A DNA stretch of 63,548 nucleotides, filler included, from an uncultured bacterium (GCA_964543655.1; 4 parts of 4 records of this genome joined end to end with filler, not necessarily neighbours in it), one strand, 5' to 3'; positions 9,759 through 20,385 are shown, numbered from the whole stretch's first letter. A program made the numbers and translations. The notes: a model not told the origin generated them from the sequence alone.

Positions 9759-10067
9759 ATGGATAAGGTTTTCAATTTCCAGTCAGAATGCACTTTTAAC
9801 AATATAGAAAAAATTCATAAGTCACTTATTAACTTTATTGAAAAAAAAGATACTATTTCTTTAAATCTCTCCAACATTAAAAAAGCAGATGCCACGTTTT
9901 TTCAATTAATCTGTGCTCTTCATAAATATTCAGAAAAAAATAGAATTAAAATTACGAGAAAAGGTGAAATTTCGTCTAATCTTTTGGAAACTATTGATTT
10001 TTTAGGCTATAACCTCACAATAAAAAATTGCCAATATCACGATTCATGTTTATTGAAAGATAAGTAA
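9759..10067 (+). CDS. STAS-domain protein
   Basis: 'LNLSNIKKADATFFQLICALHK' STAS pattern; directly upstream of cheA. Confidence 0.75.
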   Translation: MDKVFNFQSECTFNNIEKIHKSLINFIEKKDTISLNLSNIKKADATFFQLICALHKYSEKNRIKITRKGEISSNLLETIDFLGYNLTIKNCQYHDSCLLKDK

Positions 10068-10079
10068 AGGGTTTTTCTT

Positions 10080-12041
10080 ATGGAATTAGACCAGGATTTA
10101 TTAAATGTATTTTATGAAGAGGTTGAGGAGCTTACTTCTGAGCTTGAATCATCATTAATGGAGCTTGACGGTAAGTCAGATGACCCTGAATTAATCAATA
10201 AAATTCTTCGGAATTTCCATACTATTAAAGGCTCATGTGCTTTAGCTGGATTTACAAAAATTTCTGATTTTATCCACAAAATTGAAACAATTTATCAGAA
10301 TATCAGGGATGGGAAATTTAATGTTAAGAAAAAGTTGATTGATCTTTCGTTAAAAGCAAATGATTATATTCGTATCCTCGTGGATAATATTGATGCTGTT
10401 TCAAATGATGATATTAACAATTTAATAGAAAAAATTTATAAACTTTACAATTTGAAAATAGAAAAAGAAAAGGAGAAAAAATCAGAGACAGTTACAGAAG
10501 TTAGTCAAAAAATAGAGAAGACCATATATTTAAAAATAGAAATTAATCCAAAAGAGGATTTTTATCTTAGAGATGGTGATATTTCTGAGATTTTTCACTC
10601 TTTGAGAGAGATTGGTGAAGTTACAATTATCTGCAATAATCAGCATGTGCCTGAAATTACGCACTTAAACCCTGTTCATTCTTATCTTTCATGGGATGTT
10701 TATGTTGAAACAGAGAAAACTATTAATGAAATTAAGGATATTTTTATTTTCCTTGAAAATGAAGAGTTTATTATTAGAGAAATAGAAGATAATGAAATAA
10801 AAAGAATTAAAAAGTTTCAAAACAAAAAAGAGGAGCATTTAGAGAAAAAATCTAATTTAAATAAAAGTATTACAGTTTCCAAAGATACATTTTTAAAAGT
10901 GTCCCAGCATAAACTTGATATTTTACTGGATCTCGTAGGTGAGTTAGTTATAAATCAATCAATATTATCCTCTTTTTCCAAAAAATATGATTATGCAGAA
11001 TTAACTGAACTATCTGAAAATTTTGAAACTTTAATTACAGAGCTTAGAGATATTACACTTAATATTAGAATGGTTCAAATAGGAAGTTTTTTAAATAAAT
11101 TTAAAAGGACAGTTAGAGACATTGCAGAAGAGAGGGGTAAAAAGGTAAATGTTATAATAGAAGGGGGAGAAACAGAGCTTGATAAATCAGTTATTGATAT
11201 TATGATGAATCCACTTACACATATTTTGCGTAACAGTATTGATCATGGAATAGAGCCAATAGAGGAAAGATTAAAAAAAGGGAAGTTAGAAGAAGGTACA
11301 ATTTTAATTAAAGCAGAGCATGATGGCGGGAATATTGTTATTTCAATTAAAGATGATGGCTGTGGAATTGATACTGAAAAAGTTAAGAAAAGAGCTATTG
11401 CAATGGGAATTTTATCAGAAAATTCAAATTTGTCAGATTCAGAAATTATAAATTATATTTTTCACCCAGGTTTATCAACATCTGAAAAAGTTAGCAATAT
11501 TTCTGGTAGAGGCGTTGGAATGGATGTTGTAAAAAAAGAGATAAAAAAGGTTGGAGGCGATGTTTCTATTTTCTCAGAAAAAGACAGAGGAACAGAGATA
11601 AAGATAACACTTCCTTTAACTCTTGCTATTATTGAAGGTATGATGATAGAGGTTTTTAACAGCTTTTTTGTTATACCTATAGAATTTGTTAAACATTGCA
11701 TTGAATATATTCCTGATACAAAGTATGAAATAGAACATGGTAAGGTAATTGAATACATGGATAAAATAGTGCCATTTATTAGGTTACGGGAGTACTTTAA
11801 AATTTCAAATAAAGTACCTAAAGTAGAAGAAATTGTATTTGTAGAATTTTCAAATAATTTATTTGGTATAAGTGTAGATAGAATTATAGGACAAAAACAG
11901 ATAGTTATAAAAAATTTTGGTCCTATTTTAAATAAGCTTAACTGTTTTTCAGGTGCCACTATTAATGGTGATGGTTCATTAGCTCTTATTCTTGACATTA
12001 TAGCTATTTTTAACAATTTAAAAGATAATTTTTCAAAATAA
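10080..12041 (+). CDS. cheA: Chemotaxis histidine kinase CheA
   Basis: Hpt FHTIKG, LVGELVI, RNSIDHGIE, SGRGVGMDVV; C-terminal CheW domain. Confidence 0.95.
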   Translation: MELDQDLLNVFYEEVEELTSELESSLMELDGKSDDPELINKILRNFHTIKGSCALAGFTKISDFIHKIETIYQNIRDGKFNVKKKLIDLSLKANDYIRILVDNIDAVSNDDINNLIEKIYKLYNLKIEKEKEKKSETVTEVSQKIEKTIYLKIEINPKEDFYLRDGDISEIFHSLREIGEVTIICNNQHVPEITHLNPVHSYLSWDVYVETEKTINEIKDIFIFLENEEFIIREIEDNEIKRIKKFQNKKEEHLEKKSNLNKSITVSKDTFLKVSQHKLDILLDLVGELVINQSILSSFSKKYDYAELTELSENFETLITELRDITLNIRMVQIGSFLNKFKRTVRDIAEERGKKVNVIIEGGETELDKSVIDIMMNPLTHILRNSIDHGIEPIEERLKKGKLEEGTILIKAEHDGGNIVISIKDDGCGIDTEKVKKRAIAMGILSENSNLSDSEIINYIFHPGLSTSEKVSNISGRGVGMDVVKKEIKKVGGDVSIFSEKDRGTEIKITLPLTLAIIEGMMIEVFNSFFVIPIEFVKHCIEYIPDTKYEIEHGKVIEYMDKIVPFIRLREYFKISNKVPKVEEIVFVEFSNNLFGISVDRIIGQKQIVIKNFGPILNKLNCFSGATINGDGSLALILDIIAIFNNLKDNFSK

Positions 12042-12053
12042 AAGGAGGCTTCA

Positions 12054-13898
12054 ATGTTTGGCTTTAAATTAAAAAAGGAAAATGAAGAATTGAAAAGAAA
12101 ACTTGTGGAAGCAGAACTTGAAAAGAAAAAGATAGCAGAAGAAACGAGTAAACTATTTGATGAAATTTTAACTGTTTTTTTTGATAAACTTTATGGTAAA
12201 TATAATACCTCTGTTGATATAAAAAAATATTCCCCTTATGTAATTGATATTTTCAAAAATTTTGAAGAAAAAATAAAAAAATTTGACCATGACCTTCTTG
12301 AAACAAAAAGATATGCTCAATATTTGAGAAAATTACCCACACCTGTTATTATCACTGATACAGACTTTAATATAAAATTTATTAATATAGCAGCTGAAAA
12401 ATTTCTTGGAGGTGATTTCTCAAAATTTCTTGATAAAAAATGTTATAATATATTAAAAACAGAGCATTGTAATACTCCAAAATGCAGATTGCAAAAAACA
12501 GTAAATGATGGGAAAATTCATGTTGGTGATAATGTTGCATTAAACACACCAGTAAGATACTATACATCTCCAATAAAAGATACAGGTGGGAAAATAGTTG
12601 GTATTATAATATTTTTACTTGATATTTCATTGGAAGTGGCAATTACACATGAAATCAATGAACTTGCCAATAAAATTTCTAATGGAGATTTTAATTCAAG
12701 AATATCAGAAGCTAATTTTAGAGGAAATGGCCTTTCCATAGTAAAAAATGTCAATAAATTGGTGGATTCTTTCACAATTCCTTTTGAGCAGATAAAAAAA
12801 ATAATTCAGGAGTTATCAGTTGGAAAAATATCCTCTATTATTGAGAAAAATTACTCTGGTGAATTTGATAAGTTGTTTAAAAGTGTTAATTTATTAATAG
12901 ATACAAGTAAAAATATTGTACATATAGTTAATGAAATATCTGAAGGAAATCTCAATATTAACATTGAAAAACGCTCTGAAGATGATTATCTCCTCATTGC
13001 ACTTGAAAAGATGATTATAAGGCTAAAACGTGTTATTTTTGATATAAAAAGTGCTGTTAACGATATTGCAAGTGGTAGCAGACAAATATCATCAGCATCA
13101 GAGCAGCTCTCTCAGGGTGCATCTGAGCAGGCTTCTAACCTTGAACAAATATCATCAAGTGTAGAGGAGATAACGTCTAACATAAAGCAGACTGCTACAA
13201 ATGCTTTGAGCACAGAGAATATTGCAAATGATGTTGCTCAAAAAGTGGAGCAAATAGGAAGTGTTATTACAGAAACAGTAGACACAATAAAGAATATTTC
13301 ATCCAAAATAAGCATGATTGACGAAATAGCAAGACAGACCAATCTCCTTGCACTAAATGCTGCTATTGAAGCAGCAAGAGTTGGAGAAGCAGGTAAGGGC
13401 TTTGCTGTTGTTGCATCAGAAGTTAAAAAACTTGCAGAGAGAAGTGGAAAATATGCCTCTGAAATTATTGAATTTGCAGAAAAATGCGTTTTAATAACAG
13501 AGAAAGCAAAAGACTCAGTAATGGGAATTATACCTGAAGTAAAAAAAACAGCAGAACTTGTTCAAGAAATTGCATCAGCCAATAATGAGCAAGCTCTTGG
13601 TATTGAGCAGATAAATGATGCCATACAGCAACTTGACCAAATAGTTAATGAAAATGCAGCAATGGCAGAGGAATTATCTTCATCTGCTGTTGAATTCTCA
13701 TCTCAAACATCACTTTTAAAAGATTCATTAAAATATTTTCACACAGATATTGATGAGTTAAAGGTAAAAAAACTTGAAGGAGAGGTTAATGAAAATTTTT
13801 TCCCCATGTTAAACAACGATTTAAAAGAAAATAATCAAAAGAGAGTGGTTCTTGATTTATCCAAAGATGATTCAGATGATGAATTTGAAAGATTTTAA
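12054..13898 (+). CDS. Cytoplasmic methyl-accepting chemotaxis protein (PAS, HAMP)
   Basis: [15 protein letters not shown]...GKGFAVVA; no clear TM helix; C-terminal pentapeptide EFERF. Confidence 0.92.
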   Translation: MFGFKLKKENEELKRKLVEAELEKKKIAEETSKLFDEILTVFFDKLYGKYNTSVDIKKYSPYVIDIFKNFEEKIKKFDHDLLETKRYAQYLRKLPTPVIITDTDFNIKFINIAAEKFLGGDFSKFLDKKCYNILKTEHCNTPKCRLQKTVNDGKIHVGDNVALNTPVRYYTSPIKDTGGKIVGIIIFLLDISLEVAITHEINELANKISNGDFNSRISEANFRGNGLSIVKNVNKLVDSFTIPFEQIKKIIQELSVGKISSIIEKNYSGEFDKLFKSVNLLIDTSKNIVHIVNEISEGNLNINIEKRSEDDYLLIALEKMIIRLKRVIFDIKSAVNDIASGSRQISSASEQLSQGASEQASNLEQISSSVEEITSNIKQTATNALSTENIANDVAQKVEQIGSVITETVDTIKNISSKISMIDEIARQTNLLALNAAIEAARVGEAGKGFAVVASEVKKLAERSGKYASEIIEFAEKCVLITEKAKDSVMGIIPEVKKTAELVQEIASANNEQALGIEQINDAIQQLDQIVNENAAMAEELSSSAVEFSSQTSLLKDSLKYFHTDIDELKVKKLEGEVNENFFPMLNNDLKENNQKRVVLDLSKDDSDDEFERF

Positions 13899-13915
13899 AA
13901 TTTAAGGAGATAGAA

Positions 13916-14392
13916 ATGTCTGCCACTTCAAATTTCTTAATTTTTAGATTAGGTGAGCAATTTTTTGCTTTCAATGTTTCTTATGTAAGGGAAGTGATTG
14001 AATATACCCAGATTACTCCTATACCTCTTGCACCTAAATTTATAGAAGGAATTATTAATCTCAGGGGTAATGCTATACCTATTATAGACCTTAAAAAAAA
14101 GTTTGAACTTGGCTCAACAAGTGTTACCTTAAACACTTCTATAGTAATATTGGAAATTGTCATAAACAACGAAATGGCAACAATTGGTGCTATTGTTGAT
14201 GATGTTAAAGATGTAGTTGAAATAGATAATAAATCAATAGAATTACCACCTTCAATAGGGATAAAGATTCATCCACGATATATAGAAGGAATTTATAAAT
14301 ATAACAATGATTTTGCAATAATAGTGAACATAAAAAAAGTTTTTTCATTAGAGGAGTTAGATGGAATTGCCAATATTGAACCAGAGAAATAG
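13916..14392 (+). CDS. cheW: Chemotaxis protein CheW
   Basis: VREVI, GIINLRG and IVDDV motifs. Confidence 0.95.
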   Translation: MSATSNFLIFRLGEQFFAFNVSYVREVIEYTQITPIPLAPKFIEGIINLRGNAIPIIDLKKKFELGSTSVTLNTSIVILEIVINNEMATIGAIVDDVKDVVEIDNKSIELPPSIGIKIHPRYIEGIYKYNNDFAIIVNIKKVFSLEELDGIANIEPEK

Positions 14393-15218
14393 TTTTAAAA
14401 AATTAAAAGATGAAGAATTTCAATTTTTTAAAAAATTTCTTTTAAAAAAACTCGGGATTGAAATAAAGAATGAAAAAAAGATAATGTTAGAATCAAGATT
14501 GAATAAAAGGTTACATAATCTTGGTCTGAGTAATTTTACTGAATATATTAACTTCCTTTTTAGCAAAGATGGGAGCAAATGTGAACTATCAAAATTTTTA
14601 GATATAGTTACCACACATAAAACAGATTTTTTCAGGGAGATTGAGCATTTTTCAATTCTTGAAAAAATCATCTTAAAAGAGTTTTATAAAAAAGGGAAAA
14701 CATTTCTAAATGTTTGGAGCGCTGGTTGCTCATCAGGAGAAGAGGCATATTCAATAGCAATCACCATACAAAATATTATTGATGAAGAAAATTTAGATTT
14801 TGACTATCATGTGTTAGGAACTGATATTTCTGAAGATATGATAAAGGTAGCTAAAAGTGCAGTGTATAAAGAAGAGAGAGCTTTAAATATTAATACAAAC
14901 CTTAAAAAAAAGTATTTGTTAAGAAGCAAAGATAGAAGAAAAAGATTAATTAAAATAGCACCAGAGATTAGAAAAAAAGTTAGTTTTAGAATTTTAAACC
15001 TTATTGATTCTCTTAACTTTAGAGAAAAATTTGATATAATATTTTGTAGGAATGTTGCAATTTATTTTAATGAAGAAACACAGGGGATACTTTTTGCAAA
15101 TCTTTTGAATTGGCTAAACAGTGGAGGGTACCTTTTTTTGGGTCATGCAGAATCGTTATTTGGGTACAATTTACCAGTTACAAAATATTATTCATCTGTA
15201 TATAAAAAGATAAGTTAA
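14361..15218 (+). CDS. cheR: Chemotaxis methyltransferase CheR
   Basis: TTHKTDFFRE, WSAGCSSGEEAYS, FDIIFCRNV and LGHAES motifs. Confidence 0.95.
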   Translation: MELPILNQRNSFKKLKDEEFQFFKKFLLKKLGIEIKNEKKIMLESRLNKRLHNLGLSNFTEYINFLFSKDGSKCELSKFLDIVTTHKTDFFREIEHFSILEKIILKEFYKKGKTFLNVWSAGCSSGEEAYSIAITIQNIIDEENLDFDYHVLGTDISEDMIKVAKSAVYKEERALNINTNLKKKYLLRSKDRRKRLIKIAPEIRKKVSFRILNLIDSLNFREKFDIIFCRNVAIYFNEETQGILFANLLNWLNSGGYLFLGHAESLFGYNLPVTKYYSSVYKKIS

Positions 15219-15227
15219 AATATTGAT

Positions 15228-16319
15228 ATGACAGAAAAAATAAAGTTGCTTATAATTGATGACTCAGCTCTTGTTAGGCAAACAATTAAAGAGCTTATCT
15301 CTGACCAGAAAGATATTGAAGTTATTGGGCTTGCATCCAATCCATATAAAGCAGCAGATTTAATGGCAGATGGAAAAGTGCCAGATGTTATAATTCTTGA
15401 TATAGAAATGCCCAAAATGGATGGTTTAACTTTTTTAAAAAAATTAATGTCTCAAAATCCTATTCCCACTATTGTTTGTTCAAAACTTGTTGAAAAAAAC
15501 TCTGAAATTGCTTTAAAAGCTATTCAATATGGTGCTGTTGAGGTTTTGCCTAAACCTGAAATTGGAACTAAAAAATATTTATATAAAAGTAAAAATAAGT
15601 TACTAAATGCTATTAGAGCTGCTGCAAATGTAAATATGACAATTTTAAGCAATATAAAGAAAATTGTTCAAGTAGCACCAAAACTAACAGCTGATGCAGT
15701 TGTCAGAAGAGTTGAAACAACAGATGCCTGCAATAATAATGAAAAAATAATAGCCATTGGTGCATCAACAGGTGGAACTGAGGCAATTGAATATTTATTA
15801 AAGCAATTTCCAGTGAAATCTCCTGGAATTGTTATTGTCCAGCATATGCCAGTTAGATTTACAGAATCTTTTGCAAAAAGATTAAACAAAGTTTCAGAAT
15901 TACTTGTAAAAGAAGCAGAAAATAATGAACCAATTGAACCAGGGAAGGCTTTAATTGCACCAGGAGATAGACATTTGCTTGTAAAAAGAGTAAAGATGGG
16001 ATATGTTGCTCTGTTAAAAAATGGTGCACTTGTTAGAAGACATAAACCTTCTGTTGATGTTTTATTTAGAACTGTTGCTCAAAATGCAGGAAAAAGTGGT
16101 ATTGGAATATTGTTAACAGGGATGGGAGATGATGGAGCTTATGGTCTTCTTGAAATGAAAGAAAGTGGAGCTTATACAATAGCTCAAGATGAATCAACTT
16201 CTGTTGTATTTGGAATGCCTAAAAAAGCCATTAGTCTTGGAGCAGCAAAAAAAGTGCTTCCACTTGATAAAATTGTAGAAGATGTTTTATTATACCTGAA
16301 ATATAAGGCACATCGATGA
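15228..16319 (+). CDS. cheB: Chemotaxis methylesterase CheB
   Basis: REC domain plus GASTGG, QHMP and LTGMGDDG. Confidence 0.95.
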   Translation: MTEKIKLLIIDDSALVRQTIKELISDQKDIEVIGLASNPYKAADLMADGKVPDVIILDIEMPKMDGLTFLKKLMSQNPIPTIVCSKLVEKNSEIALKAIQYGAVEVLPKPEIGTKKYLYKSKNKLLNAIRAAANVNMTILSNIKKIVQVAPKLTADAVVRRVETTDACNNNEKIIAIGASTGGTEAIEYLLKQFPVKSPGIVIVQHMPVRFTESFAKRLNKVSELLVKEAENNEPIEPGKALIAPGDRHLLVKRVKMGYVALLKNGALVRRHKPSVDVLFRTVAQNAGKSGIGILLTGMGDDGAYGLLEMKESGAYTIAQDESTSVVFGMPKKAISLGAAKKVLPLDKIVEDVLLYLKYKAHR

Positions 16320-16885
16320 GTTATTATAAAATATTACAGAGAAAAATTTTACCAAAATGGTATTCACAAAATAAAAATAACAAATATAATGTTTTAATTG
16401 TAGGTTGTAATAGTGGAGAAGAAGTTTATAATTTTGCAATTCTTTTAAGTGAATTTAATTCTCTGTATAAGAATTTTGATTTTCAAATTTTGGCTATTGA
16501 TAGTAATGAAAAATATATTGAATTTTCAAAAAGAGGAGTTTATCAAGAAGAATCTATAAAACATATTCCTTTAGTTCTAAAGAAGAAATATTTTCTAAAA
16601 AGTAAAGACAGGACAAAAAAACTTGTAAAAATTGCTCCGGAGCTTAGAGAAAAAATATCATTTAGAAAAATAGCTTCATTAAATGATATTTCATTTAGAG
16701 AAAAGATGGATCTTATTAAAATTAACAGGAAAGAGTTTATAAATTTTAAAATGATAAAAAAACTTACTACAATGTTTAACAAGCATGGGTATATGATTAC
16801 CTGTTGTAAAAATTTTTTAATATCAAATCATTCTCAGTTTAAAGAGATATTTCCCAATGTATATTGTGCAATTTTAAATGAATAA
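16316..16885 (+). CDS. Truncated, degenerate CheR paralog (SAM-binding domain only)
   Basis: VGCNSGEEVY; a segment closely resembling the local CheR; no N-terminal domain and no FCRNV motif. Confidence 0.7.
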   Translation: MSYYKILQRKILPKWYSQNKNNKYNVLIVGCNSGEEVYNFAILLSEFNSLYKNFDFQILAIDSNEKYIEFSKRGVYQEESIKHIPLVLKKKYFLKSKDRTKKLVKIAPELREKISFRKIASLNDISFREKMDLIKINRKEFINFKMIKKLTTMFNKHGYMITCCKNFLISNHSQFKEIFPNVYCAILNE

Positions 16886-17005
16886 TACAAAACCAAATAC
16901 AAAATCCAAAAGCAATTTTTTTATGACTGCTCCTATTTAGCATAAAAGCAGTCATTTTGAGGGCGTTAGCCCGAAAAATCTCTTGATTTAAGGTTGGTTT
17001 TGTAT
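16885..17005. mobile_element. MITE-like element, family 2, with a perfect 12-bp TIR
   Basis: ATACAAAACCAA (16885-16896) and TTGGTTTTGTAT (16994-17005); internal GTCATTTTGAGGGCGTTAGCCCGAAAAATCTC unit; homologous pieces at 88-157, 44260-44306 and 57958-58013. Confidence 0.7.
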
Positions 17006-17103
17006 AATTAAAATTATATTGCTTTTGCTTTAAAAAGTTATAGATGATAAAAAATGCCAATTGTGATTAATGGTTATTTGCAGTAATAAAAAACTAAATC
17101 CAT

Positions 17104-17207
17104 AAGAGCAATTCATTAATTGCCCCTACCAAATCCTAATTTAACTTTGAACTGATAACTGTAAACTAAGTAAGTGCTTTAGCTGGAAAATCTCTTGCTT
17201 TAAAGTT
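17104..17207 (-). repeat. About 100-bp dispersed repeat containing a GTAG-type REP (17106-17129)
   Basis: Reverse complement closely matches 44271-44383. Confidence 0.8.
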
Positions 17208-17249
17208 ACCTTTGGATTAGAAAAAATTTTTGATTAAAGTTGGCACTAT

Positions 17250-17693
17250 TTAACAATTTTGGGCTTTTCTCCACCCAAGACTTTTAAACTTTTCCATCCT
17301 TTCATTTGCCCATTTTGAAAATTCTTTAAAATATTCTTTTGGGTTGGTTTTGGCAAGTTTTAATATTTTTTCTCTTTCTATTTTGCTTAATTTTTGCTCC
17401 CCTGGAAAAACCTCTTTCCATGTGGCATAACCTTCATCAAAGAGGAATTCAGGTGTTACCTCATTAGGTGCTAAGTCAAGTTTTTTTGAACAGATAAATT
17501 TAGCAAGTTCCATGTTGTATTCTATTATCCAGCCATTATCATTAATCATTTTGCTACTATCAAATTTGATGCTTTTTGATTCTTCAGGGCAGTATAAATT
17601 TTCTATAACTTCCTCCGGTAAAATATTATCTCTTAAATTAAAAGGAACAAAATTTTTACCACAATTACATTTTATTCTAATATCCATACACAT
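17250..17693 (-). CDS. Hypothetical protein with N-terminal Cys cluster
   Basis: ATG at 17693 follows GGAGG; MC...CNCG...YCP. Confidence 0.75.
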   Translation of the reverse strand: MCMDIRIKCNCGKNFVPFNLRDNILPEEVIENLYCPEESKSIKFDSSKMINDNGWIIEYNMELAKFICSKKLDLAPNEVTPEFLFDEGYATWKEVFPGEQKLSKIEREKILKLAKTNPKEYFKEFSKWANERMEKFKSLGWRKAQNC

Positions 17694-17791
17694 ATTGAAC
17701 CTCCATTTGTAATTGATAATCATTATCGTAAACTACTTTAATTGTCAATAAAAAATTTGCAAATTAATCCTTTTTTTGTTACATAGTAAAT

Positions 17792-19267
17792 ATGTTCATA
17801 ATTGCATTATCTCCTGTTATTCTTATTTTTATATTAGTAATTTTTTTTAAAATTGATATTTTAAAATTATCCATTATCTCTTTTTTCTACACTGTCTTAA
17901 TTACACTTTTTCTTTTTAAAACTTCTTTAAAGGTGATAATACTCTCAAGTGTTGATGGAGTAATCACAACTCTCCCAATTTTATTTGTTGTGTACACTGG
18001 AATTTTACTTTCTCAATTTTTAATTGAAAAAGGTTCTCTTCAAGAGCTTACCTCACTATTTATGAAAGGATTGAGAAACAAATTTCAGAAAGCAATTCTA
18101 TTAACAGCAGGTTTTGTAAACTTTTTTGAAGGTGCAGGTGTAATAGCAGAGCCAGTTGCTGCTCCAATGCTTTACTCAGCAGGTATTTCCTCAGAAGGCT
18201 CAGTGGCATTGAGTATCCTTGGATATTCAGGACTTATGCATCTTGCTCTTGCTGGAGTTATAGTAACTGTGCTCTCAAATGTTACCCTTATCCCACCTGA
18301 TATACTCTCGTACGATTTAATATATCTATCTTTTCCTGCAACTATTTTTTTATTTCTAACAATACCTTATCTCATTGATGAACCGAAACTTTTGAGAAAA
18401 AATTTTCTGACAATAGTTGCAACAGCTGTTGTTGTAAACCTTTTTGCACTTATTACTATAAAATTTATTAGCTACTCAGTATCTGCAATGATAGGTGGTA
18501 TTGGTGGAATTTTCTTTTTATACCTAATTTACAAAATTAAACCAAATATTACAAAAGAAAATTTCAAACATATAATTCCATTTCTTTCAATTTTTATATT
18601 TCTTTCAAGTGTAAATCTTATCACACCAATAAAAAATATAGTATTTAATAAATTAATTTTCAAATTTGCCATCATACCATTTCATACAATTAATATTAGA
18701 CCTTTTTACAGTGCTTACATATATCTCTTTATCTCTTTTTTAATATCTTTTAAACTTTTTGCAGAAAAAGATGAATCAATTTTTAAACATTTAACAGCAT
18801 CTATTGTAAAAGCTTATAAGCCTGTGATAAGTATGGCTTTCTTTGGTGCAATGGGTTCTGTAATTGCATTTTCAGGGTTAAATTCCTCCCTAACTGCAAT
18901 TACAAATAATAATAACATTGCTTTTCAGCTTGCAACTGGTTTTGTTAAATATAGTGGCAAGCTCTATCCTATTTTTACACCATTACTTGGATGGATAGGA
19001 ACTTTTTTAACAGGTTACGGTATTGCATCAATAATGCTTTTTGGGAAACTTCAGCTTAAAACAGCTTTTATGCTTGGCATATCTAAAAGCCTTCTATCTT
19101 CTTCTCTTACAGTTGGCGCAAGTATTGGTAGTATCTCAAGTCCTTTTAAAATTGCCCTTGCTGCACCGTTATGCAATGCTGTGGGAAAAGAAGGTAATAT
19201 TTTAAAAAAAACCATACCTATTGGAATAATTGTTGCATTACTTGTAGGCATATGCTCTATTATATAA
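17792..19267 (+). CDS. lctP: L-lactate permease family transporter
   Basis: Polytopic membrane protein; FFEGAG, LGWIGTFLTG...SIMLFGKLQ, ISSPFKIA patterns. Confidence 0.75.
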   Translation: MFIIALSPVILIFILVIFFKIDILKLSIISFFYTVLITLFLFKTSLKVIILSSVDGVITTLPILFVVYTGILLSQFLIEKGSLQELTSLFMKGLRNKFQKAILLTAGFVNFFEGAGVIAEPVAAPMLYSAGISSEGSVALSILGYSGLMHLALAGVIVTVLSNVTLIPPDILSYDLIYLSFPATIFLFLTIPYLIDEPKLLRKNFLTIVATAVVVNLFALITIKFISYSVSAMIGGIGGIFFLYLIYKIKPNITKENFKHIIPFLSIFIFLSSVNLITPIKNIVFNKLIFKFAIIPFHTINIRPFYSAYIYLFISFLISFKLFAEKDESIFKHLTASIVKAYKPVISMAFFGAMGSVIAFSGLNSSLTAITNNNNIAFQLATGFVKYSGKLYPIFTPLLGWIGTFLTGYGIASIMLFGKLQLKTAFMLGISKSLLSSSLTVGASIGSISSPFKIALAAPLCNAVGKEGNILKKTIPIGIIVALLVGICSII

Positions 19268-19291
19268 ATTCAATCTATATGGAGATTTTAT

Positions 19292-20377
19292 ATGAAAATC
19301 AAATTTTTAATATTTTTCCTGCTTTTCCCAATAATATGTTTTTCTAAAAATTTCAGACAGATACCTGTTGATGTATATAAAGTTCCTCCACCTGTTAATA
19401 TTCCACTGTCAATTAAATACCCGGCACGGTTAAAAAGTTATCAAAAGGTTATAGTGAAAGCAAGAGTTTCTGGTATCCTTGAGAAAAAATTTTTTAATGA
19501 AGGAGAATTTGTTAAAAAAGGAGAGATTCTTTATGAAATTGAACCTGATATTTATCAGGCTAAATGCCAACTTGCTATGGCAACTCTTAAGAAAGCACAA
19601 TATAGTTTCAACAAAGCTAAAAATGATTGGAGTAGAGCAGAAAAATCTTATAAAGATAAAGTTTTAAGTAAGGATAAGTATGATGCATACAAATTTGCAT
19701 TTGAAAGTGCAAAAGCTGTAGTAGAAGAGGCAAAAGCAAAATTAAAACTTGCTAAAATAGAGTTAAATTATACCAAAGTAAAAGCACCTATAAGTGGATT
19801 TAGTGGATTAAAAATTACTGATATTGGGAATCTTGTTGATGAGGGCACACCACTTATTAAAATTACCTCAACCAATCCAATATATGCTGAATTTTCAATA
19901 CCTGATGTTGATAACTTTTATTTTAAAAATCTCACCAGAAATTATAAAAAAGATTTAAAAGCTATAATCCTGATTAATGGAAAACAATACAAATATGAAG
20001 GGAAGATTGATTTTATTGATGTTAATGTTAATGAAGAAACTTCTACAGTTAAATTAAGGGCTATTTTCCCAAACAATGAAAATATATTACTACCAGGCCA
20101 ATTTGTTAGAATTGTATTAAAAGGGATGGCAATGAAAAATATTATCAAAGTTCCGCAAAAAGCTGTTATTCAGAATAGTCGAGGTCAGATGGTGTTTGTT
20201 GTTGAGAATGGCAAAGTTCGCATAAAACCAATAAAAATTGGAAAATCTGTTAATAATTATTTTATTGTTCAAAAGGGGCTTAAACCAGGAGATCTTGTTA
20301 TTGTGGATAATCTTATGAAAATTAGACCAGGAATTAACGTTAAAGTGGATAGGATTGTGAATAAAAAGATTAAATAA
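19292..20377 (+). CDS. RND efflux periplasmic adaptor (AcrA/CmeA-like)
   Basis: ARVSG...EGEFVKKG..LY lipoyl-like domain; APISG; LLPGQFVR. Confidence 0.92.
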   Translation: MKIKFLIFFLLFPIICFSKNFRQIPVDVYKVPPPVNIPLSIKYPARLKSYQKVIVKARVSGILEKKFFNEGEFVKKGEILYEIEPDIYQAKCQLAMATLKKAQYSFNKAKNDWSRAEKSYKDKVLSKDKYDAYKFAFESAKAVVEEAKAKLKLAKIELNYTKVKAPISGFSGLKITDIGNLVDEGTPLIKITSTNPIYAEFSIPDVDNFYFKNLTRNYKKDLKAIILINGKQYKYEGKIDFIDVNVNEETSTVKLRAIFPNNENILLPGQFVRIVLKGMAMKNIIKVPQKAVIQNSRGQMVFVVENGKVRIKPIKIGKSVNNYFIVQKGLKPGDLVIVDNLMKIRPGINVKVDRIVNKKIK

Positions 20378-20385
20378 GGATATAT

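Noticed and set aside
17240-17256. TGGCAC resembling a sigma54 -24 box
   Set aside because: No GC at -12, and it lies at the 3' end of a gene.
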